Positions 34,190 through 46,889 of a DNA stretch of 64,000 nucleotides are shown one piece after another. The first letter of the stretch is position 1, and each line of letters starts with the position of its first letter. The DNA is from Squalus acanthias (taxonomy: Eukaryota), in assembly GCA_030390025.1 (NCBI GenBank), contig CM059425.1:167216001-167280000 (forward strand), given 5' to 3'. The notes beneath the pieces were generated by a model that was not told the DNA's origin, made no database searches, and saw nothing but the letters and a program-made list of their open reading frames with translations. Both the position numbers and the translations under genes were made by a program.

Positions 34190-34836
34190 ACATAAGAAGT
34201 AGGAGCAGGAGTAGGCCATACGACCCTTCGGGCCTGCTCCGCCATTCAATAGGATCATGGCTGATCCGAACCTAGACTCACGTCCACTTCCCTGCCCACT
34301 CCCCATAACCCTTAATTCCCTTTTCAGCTAGGAAACTGTCTATCTCCGTTTTAAATTTATTTAATGTCGCAGCTTCCACAGCTCTCTGAGGTAGCAAATT
34401 CCATAGATTTACTACCCTCCTGAGTGAAGAAGTTTCTCCTCATCTCAGTTTTGAAACGGCAGCCCCTTATTCTAAGATTATGCCTCCTAGTTCTAGTCTC
34501 ACCCATCAGTGGAAACATCCTCCCCGCATCCACACGATCAAGCCCTCTCACAATCTTATATGTTTCGATAAGATCGCCTCTCATTCTTCTGTATTCCAAT
34601 GAGTAGAGGCCCAACCTACTCAACCTTTCCTCATAAGTCAACCCCCTCATCTCCGGAATCAACCGAGTGAACCTTCTCTGAACTGCCTCTAGAGCAAGTA
34701 TATCTTTTTTTAAATATGGAAACCAAAACTGTATGCAGTATTCCAGGTGTGGCCTCACCAGTACCCTGTATAGCTGAAGCAAGACTTCCCTGCTTTTATA
34801 CTCCATCCCCCTTGCAATAAAAGCCAAGATTCCATT
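34190..34836 (-). mobile_element. 5'-truncated CR1 3' end
   Basis: ORF 34357..34827 is the CR1 ORF2 C-terminus. Tail begins ACATAAGAAGTAGGAGCAGG. Confidence 0.9.
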
Positions 34837-35053
34837 GCTCCCTGCTGCAGATCCCCAGCCTGACTTAATTCCTGGATTGAAAGCTGATCATTGAAATTCC
34901 AACAAAAACTGGTTATTTCACACACTATGATGAGTTGAGACAAGATGTACAGCATAAAAGTGCTCTGCAATTTTAATAAATCCACAAGTCATATTTAGAA
35001 ACATTTGACAGTATTTGCAAATTAATGAACAGCCAGAATATATTAGACTATGA

Positions 35054-35680
35054 GGCCTAGAAATTGGATAAGGCCAGAAAACGGGCGGTGGGGGGATGGG
35101 TGGACCGGCAAGTGCTATTTGCCTGCGCCTCTTCTAAGTGGTGCAGGCAGCACCCAAAATTTGTGCTGCCTGTTCATTAACATGATTGGAGCACTGATCT
35201 CCGCACTAAATGTGCTGCTGATTGGCTTAGGGCTCCACGGGGGGACCAATATCGGGTGCAGTCTACTGGCCAATAAACTTTGGCTTAAGCTCTCTGCTCT
35301 ACTTAAAGGGGTGGTGCTTTGTTGTAGAAGCACCTCATTGTCTGGATAAACAATAGCACCTAGAGAAGGAGCTAGACGATTTTCAGATGCTGCACTGGAG
35401 GCCTTGGTCCTGGGGGTCCAACAAAGGCGGGTTGTCCTTTACCCGCAGGGAGGTAAGAGGCCATCCAAGGGCATTTGCAAGTTATGGGAAGAAATTGCAC
35501 AATCCGTCATGGCCACCAGTGTTATCTCAAGGACCTGGATCCAGTGCCGCAAAAGGTTTAATGACCTCACACGGGTAGTCAAGGTGAGTGAAGGCTTCAG
35601 CAAATGCCATATCCCACCATCTGCACCACAAGCCTCACACACTGCTCAATGTACCACAGCCCCCATCACTCACCTACCAA
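35054..35680 (+). mobile_element. Harbinger left terminus plus Myb/SANT exon 1 remnant
   Basis: TIR GGCCTAGAAATTGG, identical to 18372. RTWIQCRKRFNDLTRVVK|GTGAGT. Intron start nearly identical to 18939-19030. Confidence 0.8.
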
Positions 35681-36257
35681 TTAGGTGATTTAGGAAAGTG
35701 ATTGTTAAAAATGAAAAACAAATTTTGTCCCTCCATCGTTTGATTTTCTCACTTCCAAGTTTTCACATTTTTGTTTTTTCCTGTTAATACAAGTGAAGGA
35801 ATGTTATGTACATCAGCTTAAGATACAAAACCTGTGTAACTTTTTTTCAAAGGTCATAAAGGCCATTTTTATGCTGTCAGCTTTTTTGAAGCTGTTGGCC
35901 AACTTTTGCTAGTTGTCTAGGTTGGAATGTATGTTCCTGGACTCCAGCCAGCTAAAACCACAGTTTAACAGCATGGCAAATATTCCATAGATTCACTCTT
36001 TCATTATTTGGAGCAGTGTGACAAAATTCCCAGCAGACAGTAACAGGCCTATCCCTGCAGTAACCAAAAGGAAGGGCCAAGGCCAAAAGTGCGGGACATA
36101 CACAAGGTTCTACAGCAGGGATAGATATAGAGCAGGAATTGATCTTTTCTAGTGATCTAGTTAATGGACCAAAAAAAACTCAAAAATGCCTTTATACTGA
36201 AGAATAAAGAAAAATTATTTCTGTTGAACCCATTACGGTGAATACTTTTGAGAGGCC

Positions 36258-37063
36258 TCTCCTCCCCGGGCAGAAATGTATCGCACTACAGCAGCCCCTC
36301 CTCCCCTGGGCAAAAATGTATCGCACTACAGCAGCCCCTCCTCCCCTGAGCAGAAATGTATCGCACTACAGCAGACCCTCCACCCCTGAGCAGAAATGTA
36401 TCGCACTACAGCAGACCCTCCACCCCTGAGCAGAAATGTATCGCACTACAGCAGCCCCTCCACCCCTGAGCAGAAATGTATCGCACTACAGCAGCCCCTC
36501 CTCCCCTGGGCAGAAATGTATCGCACTACAGCAGCCCCTCCTCCCCTGGGCAGAAATGTATCGCACTACAGCAGACCCTCCACCCCTGAGCAGAAATGTA
36601 TCGCACTACAGCAGACCCTCCTCCCCTGGGCAGAAATGTATCGCACTAGAGCAGACCCTCCTCCCCTGGGCAGAAATGTATCGCACTACAGCAGACCCTC
36701 CTCCCCTGGGCAGAAATGTATCGCACTACAGCAGCCCCTCCTCCCCTGGGCAGAAATGTATCGCACTACAGCAGACCCTCCTCCCCTGGGCAGAAATGTA
36801 TCGCACTACAGCAGACCCTCCTCCCCTGGGCAGAAATGTATCGCACTACAGCAGACCCTCCTCCCCTGGGCAGAAATGTATCGCACTACAGCAGACCCTC
36901 CACCCCTGGGCAGAAATGTATCGCACTACAGCAGACCCTCCTCCCCTGGGCAGAAATGTATCGCACTACAGCAGACCCTCCACCCCTGGGCAGAAATGTA
37001 TCGCACTACAGCAGACCCTCCTCCCCTGGGCAGAAATGTATCGCACTACAGCAGACCCTCCAC
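36258..37063. repeat. 40-bp minisatellite, 20 copies
   Basis: Unit C(T/A)CCCCTG(G/A)GCAGAAATGTATCGCACTACAGCAG(A/C)CCCTC; its CAGAAATGTA core (CAAAAATGTA at 36311) recurs every 40 bp from 36271 to 37031. Confidence 0.97.
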
Positions 37064-37261
37064 GTGGCGGTTCCAAAGGGAAAACAAACAACAATCGGCG
37101 CCGCTTCCGCTGACGTCAGTGGCCGCGCGCTCCTGGTGACGCCGCGCTGGCCCAGTAACGGCTGCGAGCGCGCTCTGCAATAACACAGCGCGGGGCCGGC
37201 GCCCGGCCTCAGCCCAACCACCACCCGCGGCTGTGGGAGAGAGAGAGAGAGAGCGCGAGCG
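37061..37261 (+). promoter_or_regulatory. CpG-island promoter/5' UTR of the FAM174-family gene
   Basis: High CpG density, E-box CACGTG at 37061-37066, ETS-like GCTTCCG next to a full CRE TGACGTCA at 37111-37118, (GA)n before the ATG. Confidence 0.75.
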
Positions 37262-37563
37262 ATGTCGGTGAGGCTGTGCAGTCCTCGGCTGCTCTGTTTC
37301 TGGCTGCTGATGTGGGCTGCGGACGCACTGCTGGGCTTGCAGGCGGCCGCTGACCGCCACGACACCACCACCATCCCCACCACCACGGCTGTCCGTGCCA
37401 CCAGCAGCAGCACGGCGCTGGGGACGGGAGGCAAGGCGAAGAAGAATGGCGAGTACAGCAACGCGCCCGGTAAGGAGCAGACCATGATGATCCAGCGGGC
37501 CCTCTACGTGCTGGTCGCTGTCACCGCCCTCGTCGTTGTCTACTTCGTGGTGAGGACCATCAG
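37262..37563 (+). CDS. FAM174A: FAM174-family single-pass membrane protein, coding exon 1 (most like FAM174A; FAM174C not excluded)
   Basis: Signal peptide (LLCFWLLMWAADALLG), Thr/Ser-rich stalk, then MIQRALYVLVAVTALVVVYFVVRTIR, matching the FAM174 juxtamembrane/TM signature (QRAL.VL......VYFVVRT.R). Ends at splice donor AG|GTGAGG, phase 2. Downstream exons not seen. Confidence 0.8.
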
Positions 37564-37997
37564 GTGAGGGGGAGGGGCTGTCAGATAAAGTAATGCCGGA
37601 TGCTCGCACCTCGATGGCCCGGGGTGAAGGGTGTGTGTGTTGGGACTGCAAGTCTGGAACAATCAGAGCAAGTGGCGGAAACACGCCAACAGCTGGCAAA
37701 GGAACAGGCTTTGAGCTGAGGTTTGGGGTCCAGAGCTTTGCTCAGAACCTCATGATGGCTGTGGGAAGATGTCAAACCCAACAGGCAGTGTCTCCAATCC
37801 CCAGTTATTTACAGTCACCCTGCAGGTGGAATAATTTGTAGTTTTATTGGGAGCTGCCAGCATTAGGCATCGTGCACTCGAGATCTTTCTTGAATAAAGC
37901 CAAGAATATACAGACCACAAGAATGGCCCATCAATAGCGGCTTCTGCTGTTGACAAAGCGTCGGCAATAATAAAAATAAACAGTTTCTAGCCCTAAT

Positions 37998-38390
37998 GCC
38001 TAAACATCAACCCTAAACTCTGAAGTCCAAACATCAGCCCAAACATCAACCCTAAACTCTGAATCCCAAACATCAACCCGAAACTCTGAAGCCCAAACAT
38101 CAACCCGAAACTCTGAAGCCCAAACATCAACCCGAAACTCTGAAGCCCAAACATCAACCCGAAACTCTGAAGCCCAAACATCAACCCGAAACTCTGAAGC
38201 CCAAACATCAACCCGAAACTCTGAAGCCCAAACATCAACCCGAAACTCTGAAGCCCAAACATCAACCCGAAACTCTGAAGCCCAAACATCAACCCGAAAC
38301 TCTGAAGCCCAAACATCAACCCGAAACTCTGAAGCCCAAACATCAACCCGAAACTCTGAAGCCCTAACGCCGGACCCGAAACTCTGAAGC
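37998..38390. repeat. 27-bp minisatellite, ~14 copies
   Basis: Unit CCCAAACATCAACCCGAAACTCTGAAG. Confidence 0.95.
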
Positions 38391-38560
38391 TAAATCGCGT
38401 GGTGTCAGTAGGGCGATGCCGGGCCGGCTGCGGTGTTAATAGTCATTGTGACGTCGTTGATAGTCATTGTGCGGTCATCAACGAGGTAGGTCAGCTGTGC
38501 TGTCAGCAGTCACTCCGAAACAGAATATGCTATCCTGATATTGCAGCTCTGACTGATTAG

Positions 38561-38917
38561 GAACATAAGGAGTAGGCCATTCAGCCCCTCAAGCTATTCA
38601 GTTAGATCATGACTGATCTGTACCTCAACTCAATTTGCCTGCTTTTAATCCATATTCCTTGATACCCTTACCTAACAAAAATCTATCTCTCAGTCTTGAA
38701 AGCAATAATTGTCCGAGCATCCACAGCCTTTTGGCAGTGAGAGTTCCAGATTTCTGCTACTCTTTGTGTGGAAAAAGTGCTTCCTGATTTCACTCCTGAA
38801 TAGCTTAGCTCCAATGTTATGATTATGTCCTCATATTCTTTATTTCCCCTCCAGGGAAATAGTTTCTCTGTATCTACCCGATCAAATCCTTTAAACATTT
38901 TAAACACTTTGATCAGA
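38561..38917 (-). mobile_element. CR1 3' end, directly abutting a plus-strand CR1 RT fragment
   Basis: GAACATAAG...GTAGGCCATTCAGCCCCTC tail; ORF 38683..38955. Confidence 0.8.
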
Positions 38918-39107
38918 TGTCTATGGATGTTATTTATATGGACTTCCAGAGGCATTCAGTAAGGTTCTACACAAGAGACTGTTAGCAAAAATGAAAGCGC
39001 ATGAAATTGGAGGCAACCTATTGATATGGGTAGGGAATAGGTTAGGAGGTAGAAGTCAGAGAGTAGGGATAATGGGTATGTGCTCCAATTGGCATGATGT
39101 GACTGGG

Positions 39108-40858
39108 CTCCAACAACAAGTGCGAGGAGCTTGTGGACTTCATTTTCACTAAGATTGAGACCATCCGTTTAGCTGCCTCTGGCACTTCCCTCCCTTCCCC
39201 TAGTCCACCAGGCCAAACTTTCTCTAAGGTGCTCTGAACTCACATCTTTTTCTAGTTTCTCTCCGATCTCCCCTCTCTGAGCTCAATTGTCCATTAGCCC
39301 CAACTCCTGTTCCCTCGACCCTATTCCCACCAAACTGCTGGCCACCCAACTTTCCTTCCTGGCCCCCATGTTAACTGATATTCATGGTTCCCTCCCCTCC
39401 CCTTCAAATATGCCGTCATCACCGCTCTCCTCAAAAAACCCACCTTTGACCCCTCTCCTTGCATACTACCACCCTATCTCCAACCTCCAGATCCTTTCAA
39501 TTCCCTGAACGTGTTGCCGCCTCTCAAATACATGCCCATCTTTCCCCCAACTCCATGTTTGAATCCCTCCAATCAGGTTTCCACCCCGCCACAGTACTGA
39601 AACGGCCTTTATCAAAGTCACAAATGATATCCTATGTGACTGTGACCGTGGTAAACTGTCCCTCCTCATCCCTCGGCCTATCTGCAGCCTTTGATATGGC
39701 TGACCACACCATCCTACTCCAACGCCTCTCCTCTGTTGTCCAACTGGGTGGGACTGCCCTCGTCTGGTTCCATTCTTATCTATTCAGTCATAGCCAGAGA
39801 ATCACCTGCAATGGCTTCTCTTCCTGCTCACGCACCGTTACCACTAGAGTCCCCCAAGGATCTATCCTTGGCCTCTCCTATTTCTCATCTACATGCTGCC
39901 CCTCGGCGACATCATCCAAAAACTCTTCAGGTTTCACATGTATGCTGACGACACCCAGCTCTACCTCACCGTCACCTCACTCGACCCCTCCACTGTCTTT
40001 GATTTGTGTCACTGCTTCTCTGACATCAAGTACTGGATGAGCAGAAATTTCCTCCAACTAAATATTGGGAAGATCAAAGCCATTGTCTTCGGTCTCCACC
40101 ACAAACTCTGTTGCCTAGCCATCGACTCTACCCCTCTTTGGCAACTATTTGAGGCTGAACTAGACTGTTTGGTATTTGACCCTGAGATGAGCCTCTGACT
40201 ACATATGCGCTTCATCACCAACACCGCCTACTTCCGCCTCAGTAACATCGCCTGACTACGTCCCTGCCTCAGCTCATCTGCTGCTGAAACCCTCATCCAT
40301 ACTTTTGTTACCTCTAGACTTGACTATTCCAATGCTCTCCTGGCTGGCCTCCCATCCTCTACCCTCCGAAAACTTAAGCTCATCCAAAACCCTGCTGCCA
40401 GTATCCTAATTCGCACCGAATCCTGTTCACCCATCATCCCTCTGCTCACTGATCTACATTGGCTCCTGGTCTGGCAACGCCTCAGTGTTAAAATGCACAT
40501 CCTTGCCCTCCCTATCTCTGTAATCTCCTCCAGCCCTACAACTCTCCGAGATCTCAATGTTCCTCCAATTCTGGCCTCTTGAGCATCCCTGATTTTGATC
40601 GCTCCACCATTGGCGGCTATGCCTTCAGCGGCTTAGGCCTTAATCTCTGGATTTCCCTTCCTGAACACCTCTACTTCTCCTTTAAGGTGCTCCTTATTCC
40701 TCTTCTTTAAGGTGCTCCTTAAAACCTACATCTTTGACCAAGCTTTTGGTCATCTGTCCTAATATCTCCTTATGTGGCTTGTTAAATTTTGTTTGCTAAC
40801 ACTCCCGTGAAGCACCTTGGGACGTTTTACTACGTTAAAGGCACTTTGTTGTTGTTGT
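39108..40858 (+). mobile_element. 5'-truncated L2 LINE
   Basis: CSLDPIPTKLL, FESLQSGF, LSAAFD..DH, VPQGSILG, HMYADDTQLY. 3' end GTGAAGCACCTTGGGACGTTTTACTACGTTAAAGGC plus (TTG)n. Confidence 0.9.
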
Positions 40859-41183
40859 GTCCCCCAGGGCTCTGTACTGGGGTCTCAGCTGTTCAGTATA
40901 TTTTATAAACCACTTAAATGAAGGCGTCGAGAGCCATATATCCAAATTTGTTAGGTGGCACAGTAAATAGTGGAGATGGGAGCAGAAAGTTGCAAAGAGA
41001 CATTGATAGATTAAGTGAGTGGGTAAAGCTATGGCAGATGGAGCTCAATGTGGTGAAGTGTGAGGTCATCCACTTTGGACCCAAGAAAGATAGATCAGGG
41101 TATTTTCCAAATGAAGCTAGGAACTGGAGGAGCAGAGCGAGTTGGGGTCAATATACAACAATCATTAAAAGCTAGTGGACAGG

Positions 41184-43909
41184 TATTCAGGAAAGTTAGG
41201 GAAGGAAAACAAAAGGTGAGGTAGCAGTTTTGATTAAGAATATGTTACAGTGCTAGAAAGCGAGAATGTCCTTGAGGGATCAAAGACAGAATCTATTTGG
41301 TTGGAGTTGAGAAACAATAAAGGAGCTATTACGCTACTTGGTGTATTTTATAGGCCAGCAAATAGTGGGAAGGAGATTGAGGAGCAGATTTGCAAATAAA
41401 TTACTGAGAGGTGCAAGAACTATAGAGTAGTGATAATGGGAGACTTTAACTACCCCAATATTGAATGGGCCAGTGATTGTGTTCAGGGCAGAGAAGGGGA
41501 GGAAATTCTGAAGTGTGTTCAGGAGAATTTTCTTGATCAGTATGTTTTCTGCCCAACGAGGAAGGAGGCATTGCTGGATCTAGTCTTGGGGAATGAAGTG
41601 GGTCAAGTGGAGAATGTCAGTTAGAGAGCATCTCGAGAATAGTGATCATAGTATTGTAAGGTTTAGATTAGTTATGGAGAAGGACAAGGAGCAATCTAGA
41701 ATAAAAATACTTTAAATAGAGGAGGGCTAATTTCAGCGAATTGAGGAGGAATCTGGCCTGGGCAAATTGGAGTCAAAGACTGGCAGGCAGAAATGCAATG
41801 GAGCAATGGGCGGCCTTTAAAGAGGAGATGGTTCGGGTACAGTCTAGTTACAATTCTACAAGTGGGAGAGGTCAACCAAAGCCAGAGCTCCCTGGATGAC
41901 TAAGAAGTTAGAGAGTAGGATGAAGAACAAAAAGCGGGTGTATGACAAACGTCCGCTTGACAATACAAGGGAGAATCAGGCTGAATATAAAAAGTACAGA
42001 GGAGAAGAGAAAAAGGAAATGAGGGGCAAAGAGACAGTATGAGACTAGATTGGAGGCTAACATAAAAAGGAGAATCCAAAGGTCTTCTATAGGCATATTA
42101 ACAGTAAAAGGGTTGTCAGAGGAGCGGTGGGGCCGATTAGGGCCCAAAATGGAAAACTATTGGTGGAGGCAGAACGCATGGCTGAGGTACTAAATGAGTA
42201 CTTTGCATCGGTGTTTACCAAGGAAGTGGGCTTTGCCAAAGCTATGGTAAACGAGGAGGTGGCTGGGATACTGGATAAGATAAAGAGGAGGTACTAGAAA
42301 GGCTGGCGGTAATTAAAGTGGATAAGTCACCCCGGTCCACATGGGATGCATCCTCGGAAGTAAGGGTAGAAATTGCGGAGATGCTGGCCACAATGTTCCA
42401 ATCCTCCTTGGATACAGGGATGGTGCCAAAGGACTGGAGGATTGCAAATGTTACGCCTTTTTCAAAAAAGGGGAGAAGGATAAACCTGGCAATTACAAGC
42501 CAGTTAGTTTAACGTCGGTGGTGGGCAAGCTTTTAGAAACAATAATCTGGGAGAAAATTAACAGCCACTTGTACAAGCATGGACTAATAAAGGAGAGCTA
42601 GCATCGATTTGTTAAAGGCAAATTGTGTTTGACTAACTTGATTGAGTTTTTGATGTGATAACAGAGAGGGTGGATGAGGGCAGTGCAGTCGATGTGTATA
42701 CGGACTTTCAAAAGGCGTTTGATAAAGTACCACATACTAGGCTTATTAGCAAAATTGAAACCCGTGGGATAAACTGGTCAGTACAGCATGGATACAAAAT
42801 TGGCTAAGGGATAGAAAACAGAGTTGTAGTGAATGGCTGTTTTTTGGACTGGAGGGAGCTATACAGTGGTGTTCCACTGATGTTTTTGATACATATTAAT
42901 GACTTGGACTTGGGTGAGGGGGGCGGGGGTGGTGTACAGGGCACAATTTTGAAATTTGCAGATGACACGAAACTTGGAAGTGTAGTAAACAGTGAGGAAG
43001 ATGGGTAATAGAATGGGCGGACACATGGGAGATGAAATTCAATGCAGAGAAGTGTGAGATGATACATTTTGGTAGGAAGAATGAGGAGCGACCATACATA
43101 CTAAACAGTACAATTTTAAAGGGGGTGCAAGAACAGAGAGACCTAGGAGTGCTTGTTCTCAAATCCTTGAAGGTGGCAGGACAGGTTAACAAAGCAGTTA
43201 ATAAAGCGTATGGGATCCTAGGCTTTATAAATAGAATTGAGAGGTCGCACAACACCAGGTTATAGTCCAACAGTTTTATTTGAAATCACAAGCTTTCGGA
43301 GCTTTATAAATAGAGGCATAGAGTACAAAAACCAGGAAGTTATGCTAAACCTATATAAAATACTAGTTTGGCCCCAGCTGGAGTATTGTGTCCAATTCTG
43401 GGCACCACACTTTAGGAAGGACATGAAAGCTTTGGAGAGGGTACAGAAGAGATTTAGTAGACTGGTTCCAGGGATGAGAGATTACAGTTATGTGGATAAA
43501 ATGGAGAAGCTGAGGTTGTTCTCCTTGGAGCAGAGAAGGCTAAGAGGAGATTTGATAGGTGTTTAAAATCATGAATGGTTTAGATAGAGGAACTGTTTCC
43601 AGTGGCTGAAGGATCGATAACGAGAGGGTACAGATTTAAGGTGATTGGCAAAAGAACCGGAGGCGACATGAGGAAAAACATTTTTACGCAATGAGTGGTT
43701 AGGATTTGGAGTGCACTGCCTGATAAGGGTGGTGGATACAGATGTAGCCTTTCAAAGGGAATTGGATAAATGCTTGAAGGAGAAAAAATTGCAGGGGTAT
43801 GGGGAAAGAGCAGGGAAGTGGGACTAACTGGATTGCTCTTCGAAAGAGCCGGTGCAGACTCGATGGGCCGAATGGCCTCCTTCTGTGCTGTACTATTCTA
43901 TGGTTCTAT
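41184..43909 (+). mobile_element. Degraded CR1 (EN through 3' tail)
   Basis: IMGDFNYP, LLDLVL, NYKPVSLTSVVGK, FADD, LRGDLI in broken frames. Tail TTCTATGGTTCTATG. Confidence 0.9.
43236..43300 (-). mobile_element. 65-bp Penelope-tail insertion
   Basis: Flanked by 14-bp direct repeat GCTTTATAAATAGA (43222-43235, 43301-43314). Shares CGCACAACACCAGGTTATAGTCCAACAG with 50246-50372. Confidence 0.75.
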
Positions 43910-44246
43910 GTGCAAAAAATAATTAAAAAGGCTAATAAATGTTAGCCTTTATCTCAAGGGGGTTGGAATACAAAGGGGTGGAAGTTGCTACAGTTGTATG
44001 AAGCTCTGGTTAGACTGTGTCCCCAGGGCCTGATAATCTGCATCCCAGAGTACTAAAAGATGTAGCCATGGAAATAGGGGATGCATTGGTTGTCATCTTT
44101 CAAAATTCTATAGATTATGGAACAGTTCCTGCAGATTGAAGGGTGGCAAATGTAACCCCACTATTTAAAAAAGGAGAGAGAGAGAAATAAGGGAACTACA
44201 GACTGGTTATCCTAACATCAGTAGTAGGGAAAATGTTAGTCTATTA

Positions 44247-44610
44247 CAGGAAACTCTTTATTAACCGGCACCCAAATATCCGGAAATCTCTCTTAACCGG
44301 CAAAATTCTTGAGTAGGTAACCGGGGTTTTCCTTCATCTCTCGTTTAAAATTAACTTAAAAAAAAACCCCGAGGCATTTGCCTTGTATCGGAGCGTGTAG
44401 ATTGGGAGGGGAATGTGCAGCCCGGGTAGGCAGCGGACACGACAGATGGTCAGCTGGCGGTCCCCGGGGAGACGGAGCTCCGAATGCAGGCGCATGTCAA
44501 TGTGTACGGGGCTCTCATACGTTGGGAGATATAACTCTCCGTTATCCGGACTTTTTGATTAACCGGCACCACGCCGGTCCCGTCGGTGCCGGTAAATAAA
44601 GAGTTTCCTG
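44247..44610. mobile_element. Tc1/mariner-pogo type MITE
   Basis: TIR CAGGAAACTCTTTATT(A/T)ACCGGCAC at both ends. TA TSD at 44245-44246 and 44611-44612. Confidence 0.9.
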
Positions 44611-44984
44611 TATAAGGGATGTGGTAACAGGACACTTAGAAAATATCAATGGGATTAGACAAAGTCAACATAGATTTATGAAAGGAAACTTGTGTTTGAC
44701 AAACCTACTGGAGTTTTTTGAGGATGTAACTGGTAGAATAGATAAGGAGAACCAGTAGAGGTGGTGTATTCGGATTTTCAGAAGGCCTTTGATAAAGTCC
44801 CACATAAGAGGTTAATGTGCAAAATTAAAGCACATGGGATTGTGGGTAATATACTGGCATGGATTGAAAATTGGTTAACAGACAGGAAACAGAGAGTAGG
44901 AATAAATGGGTGTTTTTCAGGGTGGCAGGCGGTGACTAGTGGGGTACCGCAGGGATCAGTGCTTGGGCCCCAGCTATTCACAAT

Positions 44985-45708
44985 GGCCCAAAAATTAGTG
45001 CCGCTACTGCGTACTCTCGCGTATTCTGTCTCCAATTGCCGGTTTTCTGCATGCACTGCGCATGCGCTGAAAACCGGCACTTGGTGAATGGAAAAGGGGG
45101 CAGGTCCTAGGTGAACCGCAGTGCGCGCTACAGGCTGCGCGCACGCTGTGCACTTAGTGGTTTCAACGCGCAGGTAAGTACGGAAGATTCTACACATAAA
45201 AAAAGGAGGAGTAAGACCCACTTTTAACAAGGTAAGTAGTGAATTAAGTATTATTTTGAATTTTTTTTAACAGGTATATCTTTTTTAGAGACTTTAAAGA
45301 CAGGTAAGTTTATTTTTATAACTTTTTAAAAGATTTTAAATTTTTTCAAAAATTTTATTATTTAAAATGGTTAATTTATTTAACTATACTTATTTTATTA
45401 ATGTGATTTTTAAAAAAAATTTAATTGAGGTTTAGCGGTTCTTTTGGGGGGCTATAGTATTCATAACTTTCACAGCACTTATGTGAAAGTTATGAATGGA
45501 AGATGGTGTGCTGCCATTGGCTCTAACTGAGTCACGTGATCCCACAGCTCGCACGAATTAACTACGCCGGTGGGATACGCAAGCCCAGCACAGCAGCTGT
45601 CCAGAACATCAAGTTCGTGCGAGCTGGAACTGAAAAAGCCAACGCGCAGTGAGAGATCGCGGGGAGGCCTTACCCTCGCACGAAGGCTTCCTCACGAATT
45701 TTTGGGCC
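44985..45708. mobile_element. Harbinger-type MITE (724 bp)
   Basis: TIR GGCCCAAAAATT(A/C)GTG. TSD AAT at 44982-44984 and 45709-45711. Excision restores CR1 codons LFTIYIND. Confidence 0.9.
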
Positions 45709-46889
45709 AATATATATCAATGATTTGGATGAGGGAACCAAATGTAATATTTCCAAGTTTGCTGACGACACGAAACTAGGTGGGGTTGTGAGGAGGATGC
45801 AAAGAGGCTTCAAGGCGATTTAGACAAGTTGAGTGAGTGGGCAAATACATGGCAGATGCAGTATAATGTGGATAAATGTGAAGTTATCCACTTTGGTAGG
45901 ATAAACAGAAAGGCAGAGTATTATTTAAATGGTGATAGATTAGGAAATGCTGATGTACAAAGGGACCTGGGTGTCCTTGTACACCAGTCACTGAAAGCAA
46001 ACATGCAGGTGCAGCAAGCAGTTAGGAAGGCAAATGGTATGTTGGCCTTCATTGCTAGAGGATTTGAGTACAGGAGCAAGGATGTCTTGCTACAGTTGTT
46101 CAGGGCCTTGGTGAAACCACACCTGGAGTACTGTGTGCAGTTTTGGTCTCCTTACCTAAGAAAGGATATACTTGCCATAGAGGGAGTGCAGCAAAGGTTC
46201 ACCAGACGAATTCCTGGGATGGCAGGACTGTTGTATGAGGAGAGATTGGGTCGACTAGGCCTGTATTCACTAGAGTTTAGAAGAATGAGAAGGGATCTCA
46301 TTGAAACGTATAAAATTCTGACCGGGCTAGACAGACTGGATGCAGGGGGAGGATGTTTCCCCTGGCTGGGGGGTCTAGAACGAGGGGTCACAGTCTCAGG
46401 ATACGGGATAGGACAGGACTGAGATGAGGAGAAATTTCTTCACTCAGAGGGTGGTGAACCTGTGGAATTCTCTACCACAGAAGGCTGTGGAGGTCAAGTC
46501 ACTAAATATATTTAAGAAGGAGATAAATAGATTTCTAGACAAAAAAGGTATCAAGGGGTATGGGGAGAGAGCGGAAATATGGTATTGAGATAGAGGATCA
46601 GCCATGATCATATTGAATGACGGAGCAGGGCCGAATGGCCTACTCCTGCTCCTATTTTTCTATGTTTATATGGAGTACTGCATTCAGTTCTGGGCACTGC
46701 ACCTCAGGATGGCGATATATTGGCCTCGGAGAGGGTGCTGCACAGACTCACTAGAATGATACCCGGGGCTAAAAGAGTTAAATTATGGGGACAGATTGCA
46801 TAGACTTGGCTTATATTCCCTTGAGTATAGATGATTATGGGGTGATCTAACTGAGATGTTTAAGATTATGAAAGGATTGATAGGGTAGA

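Larger units (their letters stand above)
44018..46668 (+). mobile_element. 5'-truncated CR1 interrupted by two MITEs
   Basis: RT ORFs 44761..45087 and 45829..46422. 3' part nearly identical to 5937-6540. Confidence 0.9.

Noticed and set aside
36238..37183. Long repetitive ORFs (247, 225, 155 aa) and a superficial CRISPR-like periodicity
   Set aside because: Products of a 40-bp tandem repeat with no unique spacers; eukaryotic context, no cas genes.
37006..37699. Antisense ORFs (159, 217 aa) over the FAM174 exon
   Set aside because: GC-rich shadow ORFs with no recognisable domain.
37993..38346. ORF of MFGLQSFGL repeats
   Set aside because: Translation of the 27-bp minisatellite.
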